Shown: positions 33,998 through 46,619 of the stretch, piece by piece
Numbering within the stretch: position 1 is the stretch's first letter
Layout: every line of letters begins with the position of its first letter
NCBI RefSeq assembly: GCF_902728285.1
Contig: NW_027103286.1
Location: 3,228,497 to 3,292,496, forward strand
DNA: 64,000 nucleotides
Reading direction: 5' to 3'
From: Clytia hemisphaerica
Lineage: Eukaryota
Program-made: the position numbers and the translations under genes
Notes under the pieces: generated by a model
The model's input: the letters and a program-made list of their open reading frames with translations, nothing else
The model's database searches: none
What the model was told of the DNA's origin: nothing

Positions 33998-34762
33998 TTA
34001 ACTCTCAATGTCAACATTTGCTGCAGAGGCAACATTAGAAACTTTCTGCACAATTCCAGATTGTAATAAAGAGACAGGTAGCATTGTAGCTCCACTCACA
34101 GCAGTCTTTTGTGGAGGAACAATAACTTGAAAACCTTGACTAGAAGCCATAATTGGAACACCTATAGCACCAGTGTTTCCAGCAGGGGCAATCGCAACAG
34201 GATTGCTCTGTCTGATTATAGTGTTCATGGGCGAATTGGATGTGAGAGCACTTAAGGATGAGGCATCAAGCCGAATTTTTTTGGTCATTTGTGTTGTGTT
34301 CATAGGTGTAGCTCCACGAATAGTCATCGTCTGATAAGGGCCTTTTTGTCCAATCTGACGTGGTGTTGTGGCAACTTTTATCTGTGGTCTCAACCCAACA
34401 ATGGTTGCATTTGTTACATTTGATGAGTTCAATGTCTGAATAGTTTGAAAATTGGTCCCAAGAGTTGAATTGATTTTCACAGAAGATGCACCTGCATTTG
34501 ATCCTTGAAGAAGAGCTTTCTGTCTCAGCACTAACTTTTGTTGCGCCGAAGCTTTGGAACGTACTTTGGTGCTGATTTTTTCTACTTCTGATCCAAACTG
34601 TTTGACAGCGGAGTGCAGCATATCAATTTCTTCATCACCCCATTTGCTATCTGTAGACCCCTTTTCTGCTCCGGGTTGCAAAGACATTGCCAGGTTACCC
34701 AGTTTGGTGAAAGATTCGCCAGCAGTCGTAAAGATTTCTGCAACTTTTCCAGCCTGTGCCAT
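33998..34762 (-). CDS. BAP18: BAP18-like (chromatin complexes subunit BAP18, C17orf49 family) SANT-domain protein, 254 aa, apparently intronless.
   Basis: The N-terminus MAQAGKVAEIFTTAGESFTKLGNLAMSLQP…SKWGDEEIDMLHSAVKQFGSEVEKISTKVRSKASAQQKLVLRQK matches the BAP18 pattern (KVGEIFSAAGAAFTKLGEL…KWTETEIEMLRAAVKRFG…). This is established family knowledge recalled from memory. The rest is a low-complexity S/T/N-rich tail. Confidence 0.7.
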   Translation of the reverse strand: MAQAGKVAEIFTTAGESFTKLGNLAMSLQPGAEKGSTDSKWGDEEIDMLHSAVKQFGSEVEKISTKVRSKASAQQKLVLRQKALLQGSNAGASSVKINSTLGTNFQTIQTLNSSNVTNATIVGLRPQIKVATTPRQIGQKGPYQTMTIRGATPMNTTQMTKKIRLDASSLSALTSNSPMNTIIRQSNPVAIAPAGNTGAIGVPIMASSQGFQVIVPPQKTAVSGATMLPVSLLQSGIVQKVSNVASAANVDIES

Positions 34763-34910
34763 TATTTATTGACTAAACAATGATGATTTAGGAAGATTTT
34801 TCAGTCTTTCAAATAGAAATATATATTTCAAATGAAATAACAACAACAACAACTTTAATTTGATCCAAGAGGCAGAATTATATGGATGAACATGTATAGG
34901 TATAAGAAGG

Positions 34911-35238
34911 GGGCGTACGGTTTTTCGGAATTGCAGAAATCAACCCTTTTTTCTTCAAAATTTTGGAAATCGGGCAAAATTCTTTCAGTATTTCTGAATT
35001 CTAAAATTTGGTATCGGAAATCCATGAAATTTTGCTTCGAAATTTCGGTATTATAAGGTTTTTATCCCCCTTTTTCGGAATTCATACATGAAAAATCAAA
35101 TTTGATGAAAAATTAGTCAAAACGAGGTAAAATACCCAAAAAAAATCGGTATTGGAATTGTAAGTATTTTTTTACAGAATTTTGGAAATTTTGGCAAAAT
35201 TATTCGCTATTTTGGAAATCGCAAACACTGTACGCCCC
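34911..35238. mobile_element. MITE-like element with imperfect TIRs GGGGGCGTACGGT … ACTGTACGCCCCC and internal GGAAATCG/TTCGGAAT repeats.
   Basis: The inverted termini and the internal repeat periodicity are visible. It lies immediately upstream of the BAP18-like gene. Confidence 0.4.
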
Positions 35239-35577
35239 CTATAAGAAAGCTAGTTTTATTACTTCTATGCTGCTCATGGTACACTTTCCTTTTAGCTTTG
35301 AACTATTAAGAAAAAGCTAACTGAAAATTATCAAAATTTAGATTACTCATCGACAGTAACTTCGAGATTGAAACTTTTAACTTTGTGGACAATAAAATGT
35401 TTGGTGCTCCCACCCCACAACTTAAAAATCACAAATCCCGAATAGTTCTGCAACCAATAGCACCCATTCTCAGGGATTTTTAGATGACCTATACCTTAAG
35501 GTTTCAGGATCCGGTTGTGACATAATCAAATATTAACCAAATAAATCAATTATTAATACTAAAGAAAGTGTGAATTA

Positions 35578-36940
35578 TGACGTCATCAAAAATGTGTCCC
35601 TGCAAGCGTTTTAGAGCACATTGAAAATAGGCCGATCCTTAAAAAGCCGAACTTTTGGCTGATATGGACCGATTTGGACCGTTCCTGGCCGAATTTAGCC
35701 GGTGTTGATTGATCTTGGCCAATCTAGGCCGATCTTAGCTGAGCCATGTTTCTATATCTTTTCTCTAAACAAAGGCCGATCTAGACCGGTCCAAATCCGC
35801 TAAATTCGGCCGAGTCTGGTCTGAAAACAAACAAGCAACTCTTTTTTGTATGACATATTTTTTTGTTTACAATCTCGAGTGTCTAAAAACTTTCGAATCT
35901 TTTTGTAAAGTGTTTGAATGAACTCCAGAAATAGTTTTGAAAATTGTTTGATCAAATTATAAAGAAAGTTTTCCGAATGTTTTGAAAAGTCTCTGACTCT
36001 AAAATCAAAACAAAAGCAAAAGGAAAAGAACCACAAAAAAATCAAGAAAGAAATTTTCATTTTTATGTTAACCATCACGAGAATAATTTTTTGTGAGCTA
36101 ACAGATAAGATTATAAAGTATCAAGATTATTGTATTATTGGAATATCAGCAAAGGAAAAGACAAGAAATACAGTTTCTTTTTCAGACATTGTGCTGTCAT
36201 TAGTAAAAGGTCGAAGCAATTGGTATTCCTTTTGCTTTTGGTGTTACTTTAGTAGCTGAGTATGAAATACGAAGAAAAATATTGACATGCAAGTTTTAAC
36301 AGGGGGATATGTAAATGATACAGGGATGTCTATAAATAAACTAAATGTTTTTTCTTTTATAAGCACAACGTTTATAAGCATATGCAGGCTCAGTTTTTGG
36401 TACCTAAATGAACAATGGCTCTATTGTTTAAGAACAATAGAATGCTAAGCATAATGCGAGCCTGATGTAGGGGCAGACACTTGCTTATAAAAAAAAAACA
36501 TGTAACGAAGGGACACAGTGCAATTCTATTCTAAATCTAAGGAGGATTTCTAACAATCTTTTCTATATGGATTTATAAGAGCGAGTGAGTCAAGGTTATG
36601 AAATACAGGGGAGTATGTCATTAAACGACGACGGCTGTTTGGAAACAAATAGTATTGCGGCTTCCGTAAAACGTTCTAGACCGGTTTGAATCGGCCTTGA
36701 CTGATCCATATCGGCCTAGACCGGTCATACATTGGCCGAACATCATTCTTTTTGTTTTATCAGGTTTGTAACTTGACAAAACTGGACCTGGCCGTTATTG
36801 GCCGATCCAGACCGGACTTGGCCGATCCGAACAGGACCTGTCCGATCTAGGCCAATTTGGGCCGTAGAATTACTTGGCCGATCCTGGCTGATCTTGAATG
36901 TGCTCTAAATCGCTTGCAGAGACACAAATTATGATGTCAT
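35578..36940. mobile_element. About 1.36 kb non-autonomous element with TIRs of about 60 bp (ATGACGTCATCAAAAATGTGTCCCTGCAAGCGTTTTAGAGCACATTGAA…GGCCGATCC) and internal GGCCGAT/CTAGGCCGATC repeat blocks.
   Basis: 35578-35640 matches the reverse complement of 36880-36940. The TGACGTCA palindromes at both ends continue as short repeats to about 37260. Confidence 0.55.
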
Positions 36941-38276
36941 AAATCGTAAAATAGCTCTAAGTCTATAAGTACATGTCAAATCTTTGTCAAATTTGGACCA
37001 AAGATGCGTCTTAATGATGCCAAACTTTTCAAATAAAATTTTTTTGAAAATTTTGATGATGTCCGCAAATTTGCTGACGTCATCAAATTTTTCCAAAGTT
37101 TTTTTTTCAAAAAGTTACATTTCAGTTAAATACATCTTTGGTTCAAATTTGGGAAAGATTGGACATGTATTTTTAATATTATAGCGATTATAATGATTCA
37201 TGACGTCACCAAATTGATCTTCACGACGTCACCAAATTTGATCAAATTATGTCGTCATGATTACAATTTCTTTAATTATAGATTTTTAAGGTGATATTTA
37301 ATTAGGTCACAACCTGATTCATAAACTTCAAGGTATAGAGGTACTTTAAAGCCCTAAGTGGATCTCTGAATCTGGCTGCTAAAACTTAGGGTAAACTGTT
37401 AGGTTTTTGAGACTTGCCGGCCAAGTCACTCGAGAAGTGTCTCCAATTGTACATGCAAATTCCAAAGATTAGAGAACGATCACTTTTGTCCACTAACAGT
37501 TATATACTAGGAAATTAAATCCAGCTTTATCTTCAACACAAATCTAGAAGCTATCAATGCATTCGAGCTGTGTGATCACCACTTCAAGTCTGTTGGGGAT
37601 TTACAAAAAGATATTGATGCATAATAAAAGCACAATAGGAGGAAATTTCAAATTTGAAGGCTGAGGTATCGACTAACAATATGACGACGCCGAATATATT
37701 CGGAGTGAGGTAGTGATAACTTTAGATGTATTGGCGTAAGGAGCAGTTATAACGTAAGATATCGGCGTAAGTTTTTCAAGACGAGAGGAGCACCGCCATT
37801 CTAACATCTGATTTCATTACCTCAGGTTTAACATGGCTCCGACTGGGGTTCTAGGTCTCCCCTGAGAACAAGGTCCCCACAGCCTGATAAAATTTTAGGT
37901 CCCAGTATTGGGGAAAAATCTTATGGCATTCACAAAGCTCTATTTACATGTGTGTGCACTTTTAGAGAATGCAATAGAATGTCTTCATTTTTGCATTTTA
38001 AGGATTAGATCACACTTTGTATGAAAACATAAAGGTTTAGAGAAATTAAAAACCAACAGTAAAGAAAAATATTTAGGAAGTGTTATTTAGCCCCCAGAGT
38101 TACGTAAACTAATGCAGGTCCCCCCAAGATAGAGCTCCCCCGCCTGTCGGGAAAAACAAGCAGCTCCCACCTCTTATATGGCATATTTTAGGTGTAGCTC
38201 CCCCAGGTTTAAGCGCATCCACCTTGTTCTCCGCCTCTCTCTTTTGACCGTCATACCATGAGTTGTCCTTAATCCA

Positions 38277-38650
38277 ACAGCCCTGCCTAATTCCGACCCC
38301 CTAAATAACTGTTATTAAAGAAAATTCTATGTTTACAAACATTTCTTCTCCAAGTTGAACGATAAACTATTGCAAGAACTCTTGAAACAAAACATCCAAC
38401 AATGGCTTTAAAATGTCACAATGTCAACCAATCAATTTTTTTATTCTGAATCCGTTGTTTGTGTTTAAAACGTTAACAAATGTTATTTGATTTAATGGGT
38501 TCAATGTATCAAATCTCTCAGTTTAGTTGACACTTTGGTATCTTTGTTGCGTCACAGTGAAAGGTTTGTTATTATTTTAGTTTGTATCTTTGAAAGACCC
38601 CATCGGAATTAGGCAGGGCTGTCGGATTTAGGACCACTCACGGTATAACA
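38277..38650. mobile_element. Short member of the same TIR family (CAGCCCTGCCTAATTCCGACCCC … GGGGTCGGAATTAGGCAGGGCTG…GGACCACTCACGGTA).
   Basis: The inverted termini match those of the 10857-12478 element. Confidence 0.5.
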
Positions 38651-38814
38651 ACGTCGAGTGTAAATAGAATATAAAGCTTATTATGAACTACTTTTAGGCG
38701 TGGGAAGATTAAATATCTGAACCCACACCAGCCCCTGGACCTGTTAGGAGGGCTTACTGCCAGTTAGTCACACTAGGAAATCTAGCTTTCAGAAAAAAAC
38801 AACATCAGTCATCT

Positions 38815-40145
38815 ACAGGAGGCCCCCCCAGCGGTTGGCGTGATGGCGTGATGGAGGGTTTTTCGTGGCGTGATGGCGTGAAGTTTAAAAAAAAACGGCG
38901 TGATGGCGTGAAAATGAAGTGCCGGCGTGATCGTGAAATCGAGTTTTTTTAGGCGTGATGGCGTGAAATTTGCAGTTCAGCGTGATCGTGAAAACTATAT
39001 TCATTAGTATTTCTATGTCCATTTTAGCCAATTTAGAGGGTTTAAATTTCAAAATTTTCTTGGTCGGCCCCAACTATGGTGGGGCCTCCTTTAGATTAGA
39101 CTTCATTTTAAAAAATAAAAGAAACGGTGCAAACAGTTCTATTCATCTGCCATTTATCCTTGTAACTTCCGATTGTTTTTAGCAGTTGCTAGCTAGTCTT
39201 CAAAATAAAGTCGAATGCTATGAAAAGGTCGAAAATTGAAAATTGTTTCCCGTCAGCGCAAACCATGGTTGCGCTTCCTCCGTAACTGACATTTCCCTCT
39301 CTTTCTTAGATGCTTATTCTTAGATGCATTTGTAGCAAAGCCAAACAGAAAGAAGCAACAGGTTTATTATGAGGTGTAATTTTAAGCAGATTGATCAAAG
39401 GAATCCTGTGATGTTTAAACCATATATTGGAAAAAAGAGAGTAAATGAGGGCGGTTTTAGCCATACTAAATTGAAAAATTCTCCTGTCGACGCAAACCAT
39501 GGTTGCGCCTCCTCGTTCCCCTTTTGAAAACTATTCACGCTAATTCACAATTAATGCTCCCCTCATGTTGCTTGTACTTTTAAAAGATTTCCATTATTTT
39601 TACAAGAATTATTTTTCAAATTGAATTGAAATGGGTCCTAAAATAGCACTTTGAACCCTTCAAAATTCAAAAATTTTCTCCGTTACCCAACCATGGTGGG
39701 CTTTGCTAATTTACTCAAACCGGTGCCCTTTGTTGTGACCAGTTGTGCAACAATCTTTGATATGCATAAGTCAAGATTACGTCATTTTTCCTATCGAAAA
39801 CACCGGAAGAAACTGGAATTTACACCTGTGTATTACTAAAAATTAGAGAAACAGAGGTCAAATTTCTTCCAGATTTTTCGGGCGTTTCCGATAGGAAAAA
39901 TGATATGATCTTGGCTTACTTACGCGTATGAAATGCCGATGAAAAACTGATTGACGACCAAACACACAGTTTATATAACAAAAATTTTGAGCATGAAAAC
40001 TAAATTTTCTAGGCGTAATGGCGTGAAATCTAAAAAAATTGGCGTGATCGTGAAAATCAAATTTTTCAGGCGTGATGGCGTGAAATCGAAAAAAAATTGG
40101 CGTGATGGCGTGAATTTTGGGTCCGCTGGGGGGGCCTCCTACAGG
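38815..40145. mobile_element. Complex repetitive element bounded by GGAGGCCCCCCCCAGCGG … CCGCTGGGGGGGCCTCC. Subterminal direct arrays of GGCGTGATGGCGTGAAAT lie at both ends.
   Basis: Poly-C/G inverted termini. The 18-mer is repeated about 6 times at 38840-38990 and about 4 times at 40010-40120. The ORFs 39858-40184 and 39951-40214 are translations of the repeat. Confidence 0.45.
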
Positions 40146-40419
40146 ATACATTTCAACAACAAGGATAAGAGTTACCTGAATCAAGTTCGCAAGACAATAT
40201 TAATTAAAACTTGAAAGTTGGAAACAAAATAAAACGTGCAGCAGCCAAAATCAACCAACCAAAATTTGTCATTCAATTCCCGAGACAGAGCTTCGATTTT
40301 AAGGCCTTGTTTATAAGCTAAAGTAAAAACAATTAGGCACATGTTGTAAATGGGTCATTGTTTGAGGTCCGGCAAAATTTCCGGGAGATAGCCTATCCGG
40401 CAGTGCGCGGATCTAGGTG

Positions 40420-40810
40420 GGTTCCGCCTCAGGCCATGGCATGAACCCCCCCCAGCCTGCAGGGGGGGGCTACAACCAAAATCTTCCTGAAAAAGGCTGG
40501 GGGCTGGATTTTTTTTCAATTTCAGGGGGTACCTATGATCTCTGGGGGTATCTAACTTTTATGCAGTAAGGTCTGGGGGCTTGGGAACTATATTTTATCT
40601 TGCTTTTATCTAACTATCATTATTCTTTTTAATTGTAAAAATATACAATTTTTTTCATTTCTTGACATAGACTCAAGTCACAGGGGGTACCAATCACAGG
40701 GGGTACCTACTAACATCTGTTCTTAGGGGGTACCAAAAATTCAGGGGGTACCTATTTTCTTAGGGGGTACCTAAACCCCTGGTCCATGCCATGGCCTCCC
40801 CCGTAGATCT
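40420..40810. mobile_element. Repetitive element with inverted termini (GGCCATGGCATGAACCCCCCCC … GGTCCATGCCATGGCCTCCCCC) and about 8 internal GGGGGTACC repeats.
   Basis: The termini and the repeated GGGGGTACC(T/A) motif are visible directly. Confidence 0.45.
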
Positions 40811-41411
40811 TTTTCTTGGTAAGTTGATCTTCAAATTAGTTTTCAAGGTTGGCTTGGCTCAAATTTTTTCATCTATGGCTCAAATTTTAGGCAATTTCTC
40901 AAAGTTTTTGAAAATGTTAATTTCATTAAAAAGCGCCGGGTTATTTTTTCATGAATCCCTTTAGAAGTTTTGCGGTGCATTTTTTTGCTTGAGAGTCAAG
41001 TAAACGATATAGCGCTTTCGCAGCATTAATCTTTGATATGCATTTTGGCGGGATGCTAGTGTGGCTAACTGACTGCCCCCCAAAAAAAAATAACTCCTCG
41101 CAATTTCGGCAACCAGAACCTTTTTTTGGCGTAGACCTCATCTTAAATAAATAACAACTCGGAGTGGACTTAACATCGTTTCCACACTGGCACGTGTGAT
41201 AAAGTAGTCGCAGAAATTGAAAACACTTGGGAAAAGAATTGTACGTGCCGGAATGCAAAATAAATAAAATCGCAAACAAGAAATCTTCGTCTGTGAATGA
41301 AATTGCTTGTGTTAGACAGGCAGCTGATGACATCAAAAAAAGTGAATCAGTGAAAATTCGAGGGACAAATATTGAGTACTTATTTAGAAATCTTTATAGT
41401 TTAGAGAGTTA

Positions 41412-41998
41412 GAAAAATTTACTCGGCGTGTTTAAAAATCTTTACCGGACGTGTCCGAGAATAATTTATTAATTGATGACGTCACAAGCAAAAGTGAAAA
41501 ATTGATGTTGCAATCACAATCTTAATAAGTAAAAATTTGAATATGAAAAGTTATTGAGGTCCCTAGCTCTTCTATGACGTCATTTTTGAAAAAATGCCTC
41601 ATTTTATAAGGAATTACGATCTCAATTTTCTCGAGTTAGGCTGAGAAATCGAATATACCCGTTTAATTGTCTTCTATATAGTTTTTGACGAGCTTTCGAA
41701 TGGTGTAAATTGTTTTTCGATTTGATGACGTTGAAATTTGACATTTTTAGGGGGTGAGATGGTCATGATTGACCAAAATCACATGTCAAATTTAAGTCAT
41801 AACTTTTGAAATCTAAATTTTTACCTATTGAGACTGATGTGATTTAGAATCTAGATCGAAAAATGCGTCGAATGGTATATATATCATTATTATATGCTGA
41901 AATCAAATTTTCACTTTTGCTGGTGACGTCATCATTTGACAAATTACTACCGGACATGTCCGTTAAATAAATTTTCGGACGCCGAGTAAAATTTTTAG
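41412..41998. mobile_element. Foldback-type MITE with TIRs of about 90 bp that contain TGACGTCA palindromes.
   Basis: 41415-41505 matches the reverse complement of 41905-41998 (…TACTCGGCGT…TTACCGGACGTGTCCG…TGATGACGTCAC…AGCAAAAGTGAAAA…). Confidence 0.6.
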
Positions 41999-42589
41999 GA
42001 TCAGTAGATATCATGGGAACAAGAAAAATCAACTCGACACGTTTGTCCCAAAGTCGTCCAGATTTTAGATGTCGTCAGCTGCCTGTCTATGTGGAAAATC
42101 AAGATATTCAGAAATAAAGAAGAAACATCTTGGGTCGCATGAACGAAATTGATGTAAAACGTTTCCTTGAAAAAGAAAAAACGGATGAAAAATGTATCGA
42201 CTTCATGTAATCTCATGATAAATCACCTATGCTATATATATAAAACTACGGAAGACACGAATAGCGGATAAGAAAGATATCGAATAAGAAAGAAAGGAGC
42301 GCGCTAAAGGAGATCTGCCTGCGCAATTCAAGATGTTTTTTTGAATTTGAATTGAAGCTACGGACGATCTGTCAAAAAACGAACGAAAACCTCATTAAAG
42401 AAGAGTGGTACCAAAAGGCAAAAGAAGGAAATATGAAGAAGAACGATGACAGCTTTCAGTGGAAAGTCCGTGGAACAAAGCCCCCAAGAACTTGAGACTT
42501 TTTAAAAGAAAAAAAAGTATTTGTAAAATAAGAATAATCATGAGCTGTTCATTCCAGAGGTCTTTGTCCAGACGGTGTCAATCGAACGA

Positions 42590-43010
42590 ATCGAACGCCG
42601 AATCAATCGAACGCAATTGAACGCAATCGAATAATTGCAATTTGATTGTCGAACGCAATCGAATCGCAATCAAATAATACCCAGGATTTGATGTTCGATT
42701 GCTTCAATTACGTTCGATTGTATTCGATTACGTTCAATTGTATTTGATTACGTTCGATTAATTCAATTGTATTAGATTTTATTCGCTTTAGTATGGTACT
42801 TAAGCGCTCGGCCGCCCACGCTAAAAAGCTCTAACAGAGTGATCCAATTTAATTTAATCGCAATCAAACACGTAATCAAACTCATCGAACATAATCGTAA
42901 TCGAAGATTAATCCAATGTAATTGACAATCAATCGAACCAATCGAACATAGTCAACAATCAATCGAACCAATCTAACCTTACTCAGACGCAATCGAACAC
43001 AATCGAATAT
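42590..43010. repeat. Satellite block based on AATCGAACG, about 9 bp, in both orientations (CGATTGCGTTCGATT and AATCGAACGCAATCG).
   Basis: A dense tandem core with a central orientation switch at about 42690-42780. The same family is at 13780-13850. Confidence 0.7.
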
Positions 43011-43039
43011 AACCCAGGAATCAGCCGTTCGATTGAGAT

Positions 43040-43860
43040 TAAGTATTTTAGGTTGAAATTTTAAGATATTTGAGTTAAAAAAACTTCAAAAAAGCAGTTT
43101 GTTTTGAAAATAGAATATCAACCTTCTTTTGATTCACCAGAGTTTGTACATGTTCAAAATGCATAGATAGAAATTTTCTCTCGTGACGATCATGAAAATT
43201 ACCAAAAAAGGTTTGTTCACCACCAGTTTTCAGAGCATGTCCTGGCTGCCCCCAAGGAAAAATTATAACATTGAAATCCTGCCCTTGAACTTTGTGTACC
43301 CACCCAGAAAGGCTACTAAAAAAACAGAAAAAGTAACAAAATTGGCAATTTTCAGTGATTTTGGCCCTGAGACCAGAATTAATTATCAAAAATTTGCCCC
43401 TGCCCTTGAAACTGATACACACTCTGCAAACTGGGTTCACCATGCAAATATCGCGAAAATAGCCCAAATCTAGTCTACACAATAGACAGCTCCAGGCTTT
43501 TAGGCCTTACTTAGGAGTTTTACGCTCGCCTCCAATTATTTCCCGATCACGCATCACGCAAACGGCTGGGTACAACTTTTTAAAATTGTATCATAAAATG
43601 GCTAACTTTCTCATTTCCGGAATAACACATATCTGCCCCGTCTCAGGGATCTTTTTGCTTCTAGGCGTCTCTGGCTAAAATCGGTGTTAAATCTACTTTT
43701 GTGGCGTTTTGCTCCTTTTCCGTTGTACACTAGCAATCGGAAAGTTTCGCTGGGAATAAGGAAGTTTAGCAATCCTACGGTATGTAGTGTAAAAAACCTT
43801 TCGCTTGCGAACACGAGATTTTCGTATCGTGCGTAACCCCTTTTACAATTGATTACATTA
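43040..43860. repeat. Segmental duplicate A. A near-identical copy lies at 46620-47170 and lacks the 43215-43430 segment.
   Basis: 43040-43215 aligns with 46625-46800 and 43430-43860 aligns with 46815-47165 at over 90% identity. Confidence 0.7.
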
Positions 43861-44939
43861 TATTAATAAAAAAATTATACTTTTAGATTAGAACCTTGAC
43901 TAACTTAGCGACTGAACTATAAAAACTGCAAACAAAACCAAGCAAGAACAGAAGAAACAGAGAAATCGTTTCTGGGACTTAGAAGCTTTCAGTTTGGTTG
44001 GGTCCACCTATAAGAGGCTATAATCTATAAGTGTTATACTAGTATTATTACGCACGAGCGAGCGCAGCGAGCGAGTGCGACTCTTTTGGCAAAAGCGCGG
44101 GAAAAAAAGCTGATATGCGGGGTGATAAAATCGATTTTTCAGCTTTTTTAGCCTCGTTTCCATTCAGACTTTCGTCGTCGTGTGCAACTGTCTTAGCTAC
44201 CAATATGGAGAATTGTCGCCTGCACCCGACTGTCTGTTGGAAGCATTACGTAATGGATTTTTTCCAAATCTCTTTGTAAGTCGAGCTCCGGCGTCAAAAA
44301 CAGTAGAGTATTTTTATAGGAGGATGAAAACGTCATTTCTTCAAGAAAACGTCGCGCGAAAATATAAGTATCCTTCTCGATCGGGAAACGTCGCCCGGTT
44401 CGGAAGCGTATTGCTGATCGGACCATACTGCTTTCTAACAGTCAAAACAAAGATGGCGGCAAAAATAAACAACTGGTTGCTACTGCTCTTTCGCTATTTT
44501 TCTTTGGTTCTTTATGCTTTAAAAATGAGTTGAATTGGATCATGATTTTTGTATGATTGTTACAAGAAATGGTTGATGATGAAGTTTTCTTATTCCTTCC
44601 TGGATTTGATGTTTCGTTTGGTTTGGCATGAGAGATTGATGCAATCTCCTTCTTGAAAAACAGGACATTTTATCAACTTTCACAACAAACTAACTTCAAT
44701 TTTGCCCGTATATTTACACAAATTCTAACAAGGCAGTTGACTGAATATTTGTGGATAAATCTGACCATGCTATATTTGAAAAATTAAATACTTGCGACAT
44801 CAAAAAAGTTTGAACACTTTTTTATGATGGTCAGATTGGTAGATGCCGGCACCCAAGGAAATGGTTGTGGTTGGATATGAACTGGTTAGCTTTAATGTAA
44901 AAATTTAAACCCAGAGCAAAATTTACTGATTGATGATGA

Positions 44940-45300
44940 TGTTTTAAAAATGCAACGTGGAAAACTTTTGGATGTGAATTTGGACATTTTCTTGCACGTG
45001 CTTTTAAAATGTGGAAATTTTTGCTGTGAATTTGGACATTTTCTTCTACGTGCATTTTAAACGTGGAAAACTTTTGGTTATGAATTTGGACATTTTCTTC
45101 CACGTGCGTTTAAAACGTGGAAAACTTTTGGTTGTGAGTTTGGACATTTTCTTGCACGTGTGTTTTTTAAAACGTGGAAACTTTTGCTGTGAATTTGGAC
45201 ATTTAAAACGTGGAAAACTTTTGGTTGTGAATTTGGATATTTTCTTTCACGTGCTTTTAAAACGTGGAAAATGTTTGTCTTTAACTTGACATTTTCTTCC
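44940..45300. repeat. Tandem satellite of about 58-60 bp, 6 units (AAAACGTGGAAAACTTTTGGTTGTGAATTTGGACATTTTCTTCCACGTGCGTTTT). Each unit is itself an imperfect palindrome.
   Basis: Direct tandem copies. The ORFs 45011-45289 and 45078-45308 are repeat translations. Confidence 0.8.
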
Positions 45301-46619
45301 ACAAGCATTTAAAAAATGTAGAAAAATTTTGCTGTCAGGCAAAAATAAAAAAAAATGTAGTGTTTCCGGAATGCGGGTGAAGGAAAAAAGCTTTGATGCG
45401 GCCGGCCAGAAAAAAATTTTTATTTGATTTTTTTGATGACTTTAGTAATATATAAGATCATTGAAATAGAACTTTAACAATAACTTTTATGTACAAACAG
45501 TATGAAGTAAGCCCTGAATATACTAATGTATCAACTACTAACTAACAAACAATTCTTGATCTACAAGTGGGAATATCTAACCAAACTACTTTTATAGCTT
45601 AAATGCTCCAACTTGATTTTTTTTATAATGAACTATACTGTATAGATGAACCCATAGTCTGTGGCCAGATCAGAAAATTATTATTTTTCACCCGGTTGGT
45701 TTCCAGAAACGCTACATTTTTTTATTTTTGCCTCAATTGAAAGTTTTTTCAAGCAATATCCTGGCATGAAGACTTTTTTTCTTTTTGGAAATTTTGGAAA
45801 TTATGATTGCCAATTATGTGACATTTTTTGCATTTGCAGCATGCTTTTGAAAATTACAAAATGCCTTCTGCTACTGTCTGCTAGGGGAATTTTTTCCTTT
45901 CGGCGTTCTTTCAGATTATGAAAATGTTTCCCAGTATATATGAGATTTTTTTTCTTCTTTTGCATTATATACACTTTTTTTATATAAGAACCAGTAAAAT
46001 TTTTCTGAGCCTCGACTGTTCTTTTTTTTTTTTTGCACTTTGAGCTTCTATCGTGTTCTTATTAATAGGATTTAATCAGGTACTTTAGGAATCATACCCA
46101 ATTTTTATTACTTTGACCCCTAAATTGATTGAAATTGAGTAGTTTCAGGCTCAGCATTTTTCTTAAATTGTTCTTATTTTTTGGCGATTTTGAGCCTCGT
46201 TGTTCTTATAAAATTGTTCTTATATTAAAAAAGTGTATGTTTGAAATTATGAAATTGTTTCCCTGTTTTGAAAGTTTTTTACTTTTTGACATGCATTTCA
46301 AAAAATATAACTTTTGGATGCTATCATTTTTTACCTTTTTTTCAATATTTTTTATATTTTACCTTTTCTCCAATATTTTATATATTAAACCTTTTTTCCA
46401 ATATTTTATATATGAAAGTATATGCAAAATATTTCATCTATTTTGAAAATATAAATTTTCCTTTGGTTTTCTTATTGTAAAATATTCTCAATTTTTGATG
46501 AACAAGATCAATTTTTGTGAAAAATCAAAATATAATAGCCGCATTCTTTTTCACCGTCCAACACAAGATCAATTTTTGTAGATATACATTACCCCCTGAT
46601 TTAAGAAAACGAGAAAAGA

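Noticed and set aside
39858-40214. 108-aa and 87-aa ORFs
   Set aside because: They are translations of the GGCGTGATGGCGTGAAAT direct repeats (HAITP…FHAITP…).
43075-43482. 135-aa minus-strand ORF and overlapping 96-aa plus ORF
   Set aside because: They lie inside the segmental duplication or repeat. There is no recognisable domain, and the duplicated copy at 46620-47170 lacks the corresponding segment.
44180-44533. 117-aa ORF between the duplicated segments
   Set aside because: No family resemblance. It is flanked by repeats. The overlapping antisense ORF is of similar length. This is low-confidence, so it is not reported as a gene.
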